This document shows positions 50,041-59,477 of a stretch of DNA of 64,000 nt, piece after piece (position 1 is the first letter of the stretch; each line of letters starts with the position of its first letter). The translations under genes were made by a program, and so were the position numbers. Location of the stretch: the NCBI GenBank assembly GCA_963817955.1, contig CAWFQK010000006.1, positions 32,001 to 96,000 of the forward strand, given 5' to 3'. The notes under the pieces are model-generated. The model saw only the letters and a program-made list of their open reading frames with translations. It made no database searches and was not told the origin of the DNA. The DNA is from an uncultured Gemmatimonadaceae bacterium (GTDB taxonomy: Bacteria; Gemmatimonadota; Gemmatimonadetes; Gemmatimonadales; Gemmatimonadaceae).

Positions 50041-51557
50041 TCATCGATGCCGCGGTACTTCCCAGCCGAGATAGCGCGTCGTCGCCTCGTGCACGGCATC
50101 GGCGACTGTCGCGAGGTGCTGGCGACGTGATGCTCGAAACCGTTCGCGCAGATGAAGTGGAGCAGATCCTGCAGCCGGCGGATCTCCACCACACCCGCGC
50201 CGCCGAAGGTCGAGAGCGGGTCGTTCGTGAAGCGGCCTTCGCCGACGTAGCCGCGAATTCTGCCCGTGCGGTCGTCCGTCGAGAACCGGGCAAAGGTCAT
50301 CGGGCTCGGCCTTCACCCTGCCGACGATCGTGCCGAACGTGTTCTCCTTTCCCACCGTGCCCGCAATGATCTCCTGGTAGTCCATCTGCACCTCGTCGAA
50401 GAACGCCTTCGGGCAGGTTGCTGCAGTGGAAGCACACGGCCTTGTCGGGATCCTCGCCGTAGTTGTTGTTCCAGTCGAGCAGCGCGCTCGGCGTCTCCGA
50501 GGCGAGCGTGAGCGCGTACATGCTGACCGTGCCGCACACGTCCACCTCGCACGCGCTCGGCAATCAGCTCGTCGCTCATCATCGACATGATCGTGCACGG
50601 CACGACGCCGAAGAATTCCTCGAGCGAGGTCCAGCACTGCACGGCGCTGACGGTGACGTCGGCTTCGTCCATCCAGCCGTCGATGACGAGCGCCGAGCTT
50701 CGCCATCTTGAGCAGCGCCGCGTCCGGGATGCCGTCGGTGCGCGACGTACGCCTGATCATTTCGTTCGAGCTTGTGCGCGCGATGCGGGTCGTCGTCCTT
50801 GGCCAGGCGTTCGACGCGGCCGAGAATCTCCGAGAGGTCGATCGGCTCGATGGCAATGCCGCTCGCCTCGAGGATCTTCTCGCTGTACCGCACCGTCTTG
50901 AACGCGGCGGGGCGGGCGCCGATCGCGCCGATGCGTGCGGCGCGGAGACCGCGCACCACGCGGCACGTCGCGGCGAACCAGCGAGGTCGCGGGCGAACCG
51001 TCGGGGAATCCGGATGCTGGGTGTGCAGCGACGTCAGCGAATACGGAATGCCGTACTGCGTGAGCACGTTGCAGGCGGACATCTTGCCGCAGAACGAGTC
51101 GCGGCGGTGCGCGATGCCCATCTTTGCCGGATCGTCGCCGCCAGGCGTGAACGAGCACCGGAACGTTCGAAGCCGGCCAAGCCGAATCGTCTCGCCGATC
51201 GCGCGCTCATCGCCGAAGTTCGGCAGCGTGACGACAATGCCGGCAATCTTGTCGCCGATTGGCGCGAAAGAGCGCCGCGCACGCTTTCGCCTCGTCACGG
51301 CTCTCCACGGCGCCATGGACCGAATCCTCCGGTCCGAGCGCGATGGCATCGATCCCCTCTTCCGCGAACGCGCGGAGCATCTCCTCGCGTCCAGTGCGGG
51401 CGAGGTGCCCCGGGAAGAAACCGCGATTGCCGACAATCACGCCGAGCGTGACACGTGTTTTGGGCGTGGCATGGAGGCGGCGGGCGGCGGATTGCGCCGC
51501 CGCGCGCGCCGCCGTGAGCTTTCCGCCAATATTCGATTCGAGCTTGTGGATGCGCAT
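50041..51557 (-). pseudogene. L-fucose/L-arabinose isomerase family protein, multiply frameshifted
   Basis: Fragments: [67 protein letters not shown]. Confidence 0.8.
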
Positions 51558-51621
51558 GGGCTGATCAGGGCTGAGGAGGCGGAGCTGGCTCCCCTAACAT
51601 GGCCAGCGGCGCAAGCTTGGT

Positions 51622-52272
51622 CTAGTTCTTCGGCACCGTCAGGCGCGCGTATGTCGAGTCGATCCGCCGCACGTACCCGAGCGTCTCCAAGTAGCGCCAC
51701 CGTTGTACAGTGGGGGCAATGCGCTCGACACTCGCCCAGGCCGGCGCGCCCGACTTTGCACGCGCCATGGCCAGGGCGCGCGTGATCGTTCCTTCGCCGG
51801 CGTTGTAGCTGGCGAACATGAAGTGATGCCGTTCGTCTTCCGGCACATCGTTCTGCCACAACTGCCACAAGTAACGATCGTGCATGATGCCCGCGGCAAT
51901 ATTCCACTCCGGCTGGTCGATGGTGCCGAAGCCCTGCCGGTGCGAGGCAATCTCATGGTAGGTGGAAGGCATGAGCTGCATGACGCCCCGTGCCCCGACC
52001 CAGCTCTGCGCATTCGGGTTCAACTCGCTCTCGGCAAACCCCTGTGCCTTGAAGTACCGCCAGTCGAAGGAGGGCCCGAAATAGCGCTTCGTGTACTTCT
52101 TGAAGGTGGGATCAAATCGCTGACTGATCTTCCGCACGGCGCGCGCGCGCGCCGCGCGTTCCAGCGCCTGTCCGGCCTTGGTCAACGGCGACGTCTGCCC
52201 CCGCGCTTCGCGAGGAGCGAATAGCACGATCAGCAAAGACATCAGCCCCAACCACCGCTGCCGCCGCCGCAT
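51622..52272 (-). CDS. SLT-domain lytic transglycosylase (MltF catalytic-domain-like), exported
   Basis: DWR..KAQ...ES, GARGVMQLMP.T, ASYNAG.G, ET.GYV; signal peptide. Confidence 0.88.
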   Translation of the reverse strand: MRRRQRWLGLMSLLIVLFAPREARGQTSPLTKAGQALERAARARAVRKISQRFDPTFKKYTKRYFGPSFDWRYFKAQGFAESELNPNAQSWVGARGVMQLMPSTYHEIASHRQGFGTIDQPEWNIAAGIMHDRYLWQLWQNDVPEDERHHFMFASYNAGEGTITRALAMARAKSGAPAWASVERIAPTVQRWRYLETLGYVRRIDSTYARLTVPKN

Positions 52273-52275
52273 CAG

Positions 52276-52479
52276 CTACCCGATCGCGCGCCCAACGATG
52301 AGCGCGATGGACAGGAACAGCGCGGCAACGAAGATCGCCACGGCCACGTTGCCCCGCTTGAGCTCCGCGGGGAAGTCAACTTCCGGCGTCAGCCGGTCGA
52401 TGACGCGGTAGCTCACGTACATGAGGACCACACCGACCGCGGCGTAGATCAGGTTGAGCGCGAGAATGGATAGCTGCAC
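52276..52479 (-). CDS. DUF350 family small membrane protein
   Basis: IDRLTP.VDF..EL.RGNVAVAI pattern, two TMs. Confidence 0.82.
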   Translation of the reverse strand: MQLSILALNLIYAAVGVVLMYVSYRVIDRLTPEVDFPAELKRGNVAVAIFVAALFLSIALIVGRAIG

Positions 52480-52618
52480 GACGATCTCCTGAAGAGAGTG
52501 TGCTCGAGAATACGACGGCCGAATGGCCCGTGGGGTTTCGTCTTCGCATGGCGCGACGGTGGGCGGCGGCGATCGGGAGCGCCCTCAAGCGATTGGCCCC
52601 ACTGCGATTACATACTTC

Positions 52619-53087
52619 GGATCTTCGGGGATTTGTGTGGGTGAATTGCCTGTCATCCTAAGCAAAGCGAAGGATCTCTGTGACCGACAGACCAGCTTTT
52701 CAACGCAGAGGACGCAGAGAACTGCAGGAGAACTGCAGAGAACTGCAAAAGAGAACTGGAAAAGGGAACTGCAAAGAAAACTGTAAGCGTACGGAAGAAA
52801 GAAGCGGGTATTGGTGGAATGAAGCGTAATTGCCGAGTCCACAATCATTCCGCTTGGATCGTTGATGATCTCGACCTGGGCGATACCATCGGAGCGTCAC
52901 GACGGCATCAGCCAAGACATCCAGGCGAGACAATCCTTCACGGCCCTCTGCAGTTCTCCTGCAGTTCTCTGCGACCTCTTGCAGTTCTCTGCGACCTCTG
53001 CGTTAAATGCTGTTGCGCCGTTCACCGAGATCCTTCGCTTTCGCTCAGGATGACAGGCAATTCGCCCACTCATTTCCCCGAAGACCC
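52619..53087. mobile_element. Non-coding nested inverted-repeat element (MITE/REP-like), copy 1
   Basis: ~60-bp imperfect terminal IRs (GG[A/G]TCTTCGGGGA...GAATTGCCTGTCATCCT.AGC.AAAGCGAAGGATCTC), inner IR arrays GAGAACTGCA/TGCAGTTCTC, core 52776-52922 shared with 63417-63562. Confidence 0.8.
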
Positions 53088-53621
53088 CAGACTATACCGC
53101 TGTACGACACCGTCGAACGTTTCCCCGCCGACGGTCACGTATAAGTGATGGTCGGTCACCGCCAGATCGAGTGCTGTGCGCCGATCGAGGCGCGCCACGA
53201 GCGCATCGATCAAGGGGCGGTCGACCCCGTATATCTCGATTGACTCGGCGCGATGGATTCGCTCGCCCTCGAGGTGACGCACGAGCTGCGCGGCGTCCTT
53301 GTGTGTGTAGACGACGACGCGTGGCGATGCTTTGCTTGCCTTGTGCAGGCGCGCGGCATCAGGTGAACCAATTTCGATCCAGACGCGGAGCGCGCCTGTG
53401 AGATCGCGCACGACGACCGCTGGCTCGTCCGGCTCGGTCAGCCCTTTCGTGAACGTGATGCCGTCCGTGTACTCGAGGCAGTAGGCAAGGACGCGCGTAA
53501 CGAGATACTCCTCAGTCTCCGACGGCTGGCGCGCCGCACGAAATGCGAGCGTCTCGTAGACGTTGCGGTCGACGTTTGAGAGCTGGACGTCGAAATTATG
53601 AACGGTCGCGGTTAGGGCCAC
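53070..53621 (-). CDS. yaeQ: YaeQ family protein
   Basis: MALTAT, DR.VYE.L....ARQPSET.E, R.LAY, DEPA...DLTG....WIEIG.PD..RL.KA. Confidence 0.9.
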   Translation of the reverse strand: MALTATVHNFDVQLSNVDRNVYETLAFRAARQPSETEEYLVTRVLAYCLEYTDGITFTKGLTEPDEPAVVVRDLTGALRVWIEIGSPDAARLHKASKASPRVVVYTHKDAAQLVRHLEGERIHRAESIEIYGVDRPLIDALVARLDRRTALDLAVTDHHLYVTVGGETFDGVVQRYSLGSSGK

Positions 53622-53710
53622 AGGGATTCACTTGAAATGTTCATGCTGGGCACACACGACACAGGCACACCACGCTAACGGTGTGCCTGTGTCGTTGACG
53701 GATTGGACGC

Positions 53711-56700
53711 TTAGATCGGCGGCTTCACCCGCTTCCCCCAGAGCGCCGAAGGCGGCTCTGTCATCAACCGCTCGACGGGGTGCTCCTTGAGCTGCTTCAT
53801 CCCTTCCTCGACCGCGCGCTCGAGCTGCGGGTCGTGTCCGGCGATGACTTCCTTCGGCGTATTCTCGACGTCGATGTCGGGCGCGACACCTTCGTTCTCG
53901 ACTGCCCACTTGCCATCGCGCGCAAAGAACCCGCCGCGCGGTGCGATCGCCGATCCGCCATCGACGAACGTCGGCGTATCGGCAGTGTGTACCAGACCGC
54001 CCCAGGTGCGTTTGCCGACGAGCGTTCCAACCTTGCGATACCGGAACATGTACGGCATGAGATCGCCGCCCGATCCGGCCATTTCGTTGATGATCATCAC
54101 CTTCGGGCCCCAGATACCAGCGGCGGGACTCGTGAAGGGAACGCGATCGCCGGCCACGTTGTTGAAGTAGCCGTCGAAATTACGTTGCAGAATGTCAATG
54201 ATGTAATCGGCCGCCTGCCCGCCGCCGTTATACCGCTCGTCGATGATCGCGCCCTTCCGATCCTGCTGGGCGAAGTAATAGCGGTTGAAGCTCGTGTACC
54301 CGGGCTGCCCGGTGTTCGGCAGATACACGTATGCGAGCTGGCCATGCGACAGCGAATCCACCGTGCGACGATTGTCTTCCACCCACGCACGGGTTCGCAG
54401 CGTCTGCTCATTCGCCACGGGCAGCACCGTCACGTGCCGCGCACCTTCGAGCGTGGGGGTCGCGTTGACGACGAGACTCGTTTGCTTGTTCGCCGTGCCG
54501 TCGAGCAGCCGATAGATGTTGTCTGGTGCTCGCAGTTCCTGACCATTGATGGCCAGGATGTAGTCGCCTACCCGGACATCCACGCCCGGAGCAGCGAGCG
54601 GTGCGCGAAGATCCGGGTTCCATTCCTCGTCATCGTAGATGCGCGTGATCTTGTACCGGCCATCCTCGATGGCAAAGTCCGCACCGAGCAAGCCACCCGG
54701 GACCGCCGCCGGCACGTCCGGCATGTCGCCGCCGCGCACGTACGAATGGCCGATCGAAATCTCGGCGCCCATCATGTCGATGAGATAATTCAGATCGGCA
54801 CGATGATTCACATATGGCACGAAGGCGCTGTACATCTGGCGAACGCGCGGCCAGTCGGCCCCGTGCTCATTCGGCACGTACAAATAGTCGCGCTGGTTGC
54901 GCCATGCCTCGTCGAAGATCTGCTTGAATTCTTGCTTGGGATCGACGTTCGTCCGCAGATCGGAGTTGATGCGACCCTGTGCTGCTTGCGGCGGATTGCG
55001 GTCGGCGTCCACGATGAACAGCGACGGTCCAGTTGCTGCGCCGCCCCGGCCGCCCCGACCACCAGCCCCGCCGCCCGCGCGATATACCAGCTTGTGCCCA
55101 TCCAGACTCACGTCAAAGTCGGCAACACCAGTGACAAACGGCACGTCGCGGCGATCGCGCAGCGAGAACCGGTGCAGCGTTGCGCCGCCGGCACCACCCC
55201 GTCCGCCCGCCCCGGCACCACCCGGCTCTACGAAATACACCATGCCGGCAACGCCGGCGCGCAGGCTCGAGTACGGCCGCTCGGTGATTCCAGGAACCGC
55301 CAGAATGCGGTGCGCCAGACCATCGAAATCGATGGTCATCGGTTGGCGAAGACCCATGGCAGCGGGACGAACGACTTCCGGTGCAGCGCTATCACCCGCA
55401 ACCGTGGCACCGCCACGACCGCCTCGACTCCCGCCGGCGCCTCTTCCTTCGGCACTCGCAACGCCCTCCTCATCACTCTCAGGGAGGAACGGCGAGGGCT
55501 CGCCCTTGCGCAAGATGGCTACGTAGAGCCCGAAGTTCTCCGTATGGTCGTAGTTCGACATGTCGAGCCACTGCGACTTGAGCGCATAGTCGGTGGAGGC
55601 GAGGAACCACAGATACTTTCCGCTCGCATCCCACGCCGGCGACATCGCGTCAGCCAACCCGTCCGTCACCTGTTTCGACACGCCCGTCTCAACGTTGACG
55701 ACCTCGATCACCTTGTACAGCGAATTGAGGTGCTTCGCATAAGCAATCCACTTGCTGTCCGGCGACCAGGCCGGATTCATCGTGCGCGTCGGCACCATCC
55801 ACGGATCGTTGCCGACGACTTTCGCCTCGCCCGTCGCGACGTCCACCACCCAGAGCTTCAAGTTGGTGTCGTGGAACATGATCTTCTTGCCGTCGGGCGA
55901 CCACGCGGACGTATAGAAGTGGCCCGTCGTGGGAATCTTGATCTCGCGCGGCGGAGTAAGCCCGTCCTGCGCTTCGATGTACAGCGCGTATTCGCCCGAG
56001 CGATCGCTGAAGTACGAGATCTGCTTTCCGTCCGGCGACCAGGCCGGATCGTGTTCGGCCGAGCTCGACGAATTCGTCAGGTTCCTGATGTCGCCCTTGT
56101 CGGCGGGAATCGTGAAGATGTCGCCGCGCGCTTCGACCGCAACGCGCTTGCCGGTGGGTGACAGAGTGAGGTTCGTCATGCTGCCGCTCACGTCCTTCCA
56201 CTGCGGCATCATCCACGGAAAATCTCCAGCAGCCGTGATGTTCACCACGTGCTGGCTTCGCGTCTTGGTGTCGAGCAAATGGATGTCGCCGGCCTGCTCG
56301 AAAACGACGGCGTCGCCATCGGACGCCGCGTCGAGCGTCTTGACGTCGAAATCGCTGAACTTCGTGATCTGCACCAAGCGCTTGGCCTTGGTGTCGTAGC
56401 TCCAGACATTCGCGACGCCATCGCGATCGGAGATGAAATCGATGACGTCGTTGCTGGTCCACACCGGATCCATGTTCTTCGACTCAGCCGTCGTCGGCGC
56501 CGAAAAATGCGAGGGGCCGCGCGGGAGTCCGGCCTGAGCAACGACGAGATCGGACGAGCCATTCGGCGTGGTCTCCAGGTCGAACGTCTTGAGATCGACG
56601 ATCCAGATGGGGCGATTCTGGCCGCCGCGATAGTTGCGGCGCTCCTCGTCCCACGAGTTGTTCATCCGGTAGGCGATGTGCTTCCCGTCCGGCGAGATCT

Positions 56701-57178
56701 TGCCCTGGTAGGCGCGCGGCAACGGCATGGGCGTTTCGACGCCGCCCTCCACCGGCACGGTCCAGAAGCGCGGCGCCGCACTCGGCGCCAGCGTGGCACG
56801 TGACGAGCTGAAGACCAACGACTTGCCGTCGGGCGTCCAGCCCTGAACGATGTCCGCACCGGGGTGCCAGGTGAGACGCTTGGGCTCGCCCCCCCCGGCG
56901 GCCACGACGTAAACGTCCTCGTTCCCGGCGTATTGAGCGCTGAACGCGATCATTTTCCCGTCGGGCGAGAACTTTGGATTCTCCGTGATGCCGGGAAAAC
57001 TCGTGATCCGCCGCGCCGCACCGCCGGCGCGGTCAACCGTCCAGATGTTGTTGGCGTAGGCGAAAGCAATTTGCGTCTTGCTGACCGTCGGCGAGCGCAG
57101 CATGCGCGTTTGCGCAGTAGCGATGACGGGCACCGCCAGGGCGGCGGCGACTGGGATGAGCACGCGCATTCGTGACAT
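53711..57178 (-). CDS. Tricorn protease-like S41 peptidase (beta-propellers, PDZ, S41)
   Basis: Signal peptide, PD40 repeats (FSPDGK, WSPDGK), GLLGADF PDZ, IDERYNGGG, AGSGGD, GKRTWGG, ENEGVAPD, DPQLERA. Confidence 0.93.
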   Translation of the reverse strand: MSRMRVLIPVAAALAVPVIATAQTRMLRSPTVSKTQIAFAYANNIWTVDRAGGAARRITSFPGITENPKFSPDGKMIAFSAQYAGNEDVYVVAAGGGEPKRLTWHPGADIVQGWTPDGKSLVFSSSRATLAPSAAPRFWTVPVEGGVETPMPLPRAYQGKISPDGKHIAYRMNNSWDEERRNYRGGQNRPIWIVDLKTFDLETTPNGSSDLVVAQAGLPRGPSHFSAPTTAESKNMDPVWTSNDVIDFISDRDGVANVWSYDTKAKRLVQITKFSDFDVKTLDAASDGDAVVFEQAGDIHLLDTKTRSQHVVNITAAGDFPWMMPQWKDVSGSMTNLTLSPTGKRVAVEARGDIFTIPADKGDIRNLTNSSSSAEHDPAWSPDGKQISYFSDRSGEYALYIEAQDGLTPPREIKIPTTGHFYTSAWSPDGKKIMFHDTNLKLWVVDVATGEAKVVGNDPWMVPTRTMNPAWSPDSKWIAYAKHLNSLYKVIEVVNVETGVSKQVTDGLADAMSPAWDASGKYLWFLASTDYALKSQWLDMSNYDHTENFGLYVAILRKGEPSPFLPESDEEGVASAEGRGAGGSRGGRGGATVAGDSAAPEVVRPAAMGLRQPMTIDFDGLAHRILAVPGITERPYSSLRAGVAGMVYFVEPGGAGAGGRGGAGGATLHRFSLRDRRDVPFVTGVADFDVSLDGHKLVYRAGGGAGGRGGRGGAATGPSLFIVDADRNPPQAAQGRINSDLRTNVDPKQEFKQIFDEAWRNQRDYLYVPNEHGADWPRVRQMYSAFVPYVNHRADLNYLIDMMGAEISIGHSYVRGGDMPDVPAAVPGGLLGADFAIEDGRYKITRIYDDEEWNPDLRAPLAAPGVDVRVGDYILAINGQELRAPDNIYRLLDGTANKQTSLVVNATPTLEGARHVTVLPVANEQTLRTRAWVEDNRRTVDSLSHGQLAYVYLPNTGQPGYTSFNRYYFAQQDRKGAIIDERYNGGGQAADYIIDILQRNFDGYFNNVAGDRVPFTSPAAGIWGPKVMIINEMAGSGGDLMPYMFRYRKVGTLVGKRTWGGLVHTADTPTFVDGGSAIAPRGGFFARDGKWAVENEGVAPDIDVENTPKEVIAGHDPQLERAVEEGMKQLKEHPVERLMTEPPSALWGKRVKPPI

Positions 57179-57399
57179 CGGTAGCGAGTCAGAGGAGTGA
57201 GAGCGGTGTCGCGCACCCGCTGGCCGGGTGCGGCACCCTGGACAATTACGCATGTTCGGCCGTTCGGCTAGTGTTGCCCTGTCTGATTTGCATACTGCCT
57301 CTATGAAAAGAGTGGTTGGACGCGCATGAACGTGCGGCCGGCGTGCGCGTCCTCACGTCGGCCGGCAATGAACGGGCGGTACTTGGGATTTTCAGTAGG

Positions 57400-57900
57400 G
57401 ATGACGCACGTGCCTGTCGGAGTCACGTGTTGGTCTGTCGCGGTCACGCGTCCGGGTGTCGCGGTCACGCGTCCGGGTGTCGCGGTCACGCGTCTGCTTG
57501 ACGGCGAGACATGCCATCCGGTCGGGATGAAGCGTCAGCGTGTCGGAGCGCCGCGTTCACCAGTCGCGGTCACGCGTTCGTTGGTCGGCCTTCGGCGCTC
57601 GAATGTTGGGGTCGGACGATCGCTTGTCGGGGTCGGACGATTGGCGGTCGGCGTGGCGTGCGTGGCGATCGAGGTGCCGCAACTGACTGTCGCGGTTCAA
57701 CGTCTGATCGTCGCGATCGGGCGTCTATCGAACGGTGTGACGTGTCGCGATGTCGCCGTGTGGCGCGCGGTCGTCGCAGTCACGCGTTCGGATGACGGTG
57801 TATTGGACCCGATGGTCGGGGTTGCGTGCAGCGACGTCGTGGTTCGGCGTTCGGCTGACGAGGTCGCGTGCTCGGCTGACGGCGCCGGCGAGTGGGTACA
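57400..57900. repeat. Degenerate 21-nt-period repeat tract (GTCGCGGTCACGCGTCCGGGT-like); + ORF 57326..57940 reads as V[AG]VxRxx heptads
   Basis: Three near-exact units at ~57437-57493; 7-residue periodicity persists through the 204-aa + ORF. Confidence 0.65.
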
Positions 57901-57976
57901 TCGCGCTACGACGAGGGGCCCGGATCGCGGTCATCCGTGAGGGGTCGAAACGACGAAGGACCTCTTCGACTTGAAA

Positions 57977-58027
57977 GAGATCCTTCGCTTTGCTCAGAAT
58001 GACAACGGGTGGCTCAGGATGACAAGC
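57977..58027. repeat. REP-like AGATCCTTCGC...GCTCAG(A/G)ATGACA doublet
   Basis: Inverted near-copy of 63270-63320; related to the arms at 52650-52678 and 53027-53057. Confidence 0.8.
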
Positions 58028-58559
58028 TCGATCCGTAGTGGCGAGTTCATGCCCCTATATATTAGTTCCGAAATTGGGGGGTCGGCGCAAGAGGCAGTTT
58101 TTGCCGGGGGCCAAAATTCGTCATTTTCGCCCGTTTAGTCGTCGACGTCATCGCGGCAGCGGCGGCGGCGGGGTTACGGGACGTGAGCTCACCTATCGCC
58201 AAGGCTCGCAATTCGCCGATGTAGAGACTTCCCTCCTCCTTCACAGCAGGCGTCGTGGGCTTGGCGCCGGCGGGCGCTGTCCGCGGTGCCGCCTCGCCGG
58301 CCAGGCCAGCCACTGGCATGGAGCTCACGCCTTCGGAAGGGTTGTTCTTGCAGACGGCATCGCTGACCGTCATGCGACCTTGGACGATCCACTTGCCGAA
58401 GTCGTCCTTTAACTAGGGGCAATACGCGTCATGTTTGGATGTCGAACAGATGCTGGTCGATATTGACGACACGCCCTGGATAGTCGTAGTTCTCTGACAT
58501 TCCACCCGGCGCTTGGCCCAGTCCGCCACTCCCGGCCGCAACCCCACACCGACGACCCG

Positions 58560-59414
58560 ATGAGCGATATCGAGCACATTTCGGACACTGCACGCTGGGT
58601 TGCCGTGTACCGCGCCATTGAGACTGCGCGCCCTGACGCGATCTTTCGCGATCCGTTCGCGGCACGACTGGCGGGAGAAAAGGGCCAGGCGATCGTCGAT
58701 ACGCTCAAGCGCGGGCGGTCGCTGGCCTGGGCAATGATCGTCAGAACCGCGGTGTTCGACGAGATCATTCTGGATCGAGTTCGCAATGGTCGGGTGGACA
58801 CCGTGCTGAACCTGGCGGCGGGCCTCGACGCGCGTCCCTGGCGCATGCCCCTCGCGCCGACACTCCGCTGGATAGACGTGGACCTTCCTGGGATTCTCGA
58901 TTACAAGGCAGAGATCCTCCGCGACGAACAGCCCGTCTGCCAGTATGAGACCGTGCGCGTCGATCTCCGTGATGAGGCCAGGCGGCAGGCGCTGTTCAGC
59001 CAGATTGGAGGCGAATCGTCGAACGTGCTGGTGGTGACCGAAGGTCTGCTCATCTATCTCACGGGAGACCAGGTCGGCACGCTCGCGCGCGACCTCCACG
59101 CAGTACCAACCTTTCATGAGTGGCTGATCGATCTCGCCAATCCTCTCTTGTTGAAAATCATGCAGAAGTACTGGGGTCAGAGCGTGAGCGCGGGCGGCGC
59201 GCCATTTCAGTTCGCGCCGGCGAGTGGAACCAAGTTCTTCGAGCCGTTCGGCTGGCGGGAGAAGCGGTTCCGGTCGTCCATGGAAGAGGCACACCGGTTG
59301 GGGCGCGAGATGCCCATGATGTGGTTGTGGCGATTGCTCGCACGGCTACGTTCCGCAGCGGTGCGGGAGAACATCCGGCGCATGTCTGGCTTTGTCCTGT
59401 TGGAACGCCTGTGA
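58560..59414 (+). CDS. SAM-dependent methyltransferase (LCM/leucine carboxyl methyltransferase-like)
   Basis: DTA.WVA.YRA.E..RPDA.F.DPFA, RT..FD, LAAGLDARP.R, VDLP, EGLL.YL. Confidence 0.9.
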   Translation: MSDIEHISDTARWVAVYRAIETARPDAIFRDPFAARLAGEKGQAIVDTLKRGRSLAWAMIVRTAVFDEIILDRVRNGRVDTVLNLAAGLDARPWRMPLAPTLRWIDVDLPGILDYKAEILRDEQPVCQYETVRVDLRDEARRQALFSQIGGESSNVLVVTEGLLIYLTGDQVGTLARDLHAVPTFHEWLIDLANPLLLKIMQKYWGQSVSAGGAPFQFAPASGTKFFEPFGWREKRFRSSMEEAHRLGREMPMMWLWRLLARLRSAAVRENIRRMSGFVLLERL

Positions 59415-59446
59415 GACACGGGACACGAGACACGGGACACGGGACA
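59413..59446. repeat. Heptamer tandem repeat (G[A/G]GACAC)n
   Basis: About five units read directly after the methyltransferase stop. Confidence 0.85.
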
Positions 59447-59477
59447 GGAGCAGTCACACTCGAATTGGAGACTTGAT

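Noticed and set aside
52700..53010. GAGAACTGCA arrays as a CRISPR array
   Set aside because: Units are 9-12 bp, tandem or inverted, without unique spacers; no cas genes in the window
52523..53148. Short ORFs inside the repeat elements (e.g. 52819..53148, 52700..52933, and counterparts at 63275-63677)
   Set aside because: They occur in several frames of palindromic repeats, and an indel between the copies shifts the frames; no coding signal
58062..58373. 103-aa minus-strand ORF between the REP-like doublet and the methyltransferase
   Set aside because: Low complexity, no recognisable motif; cannot support it as a gene, although it is not excluded
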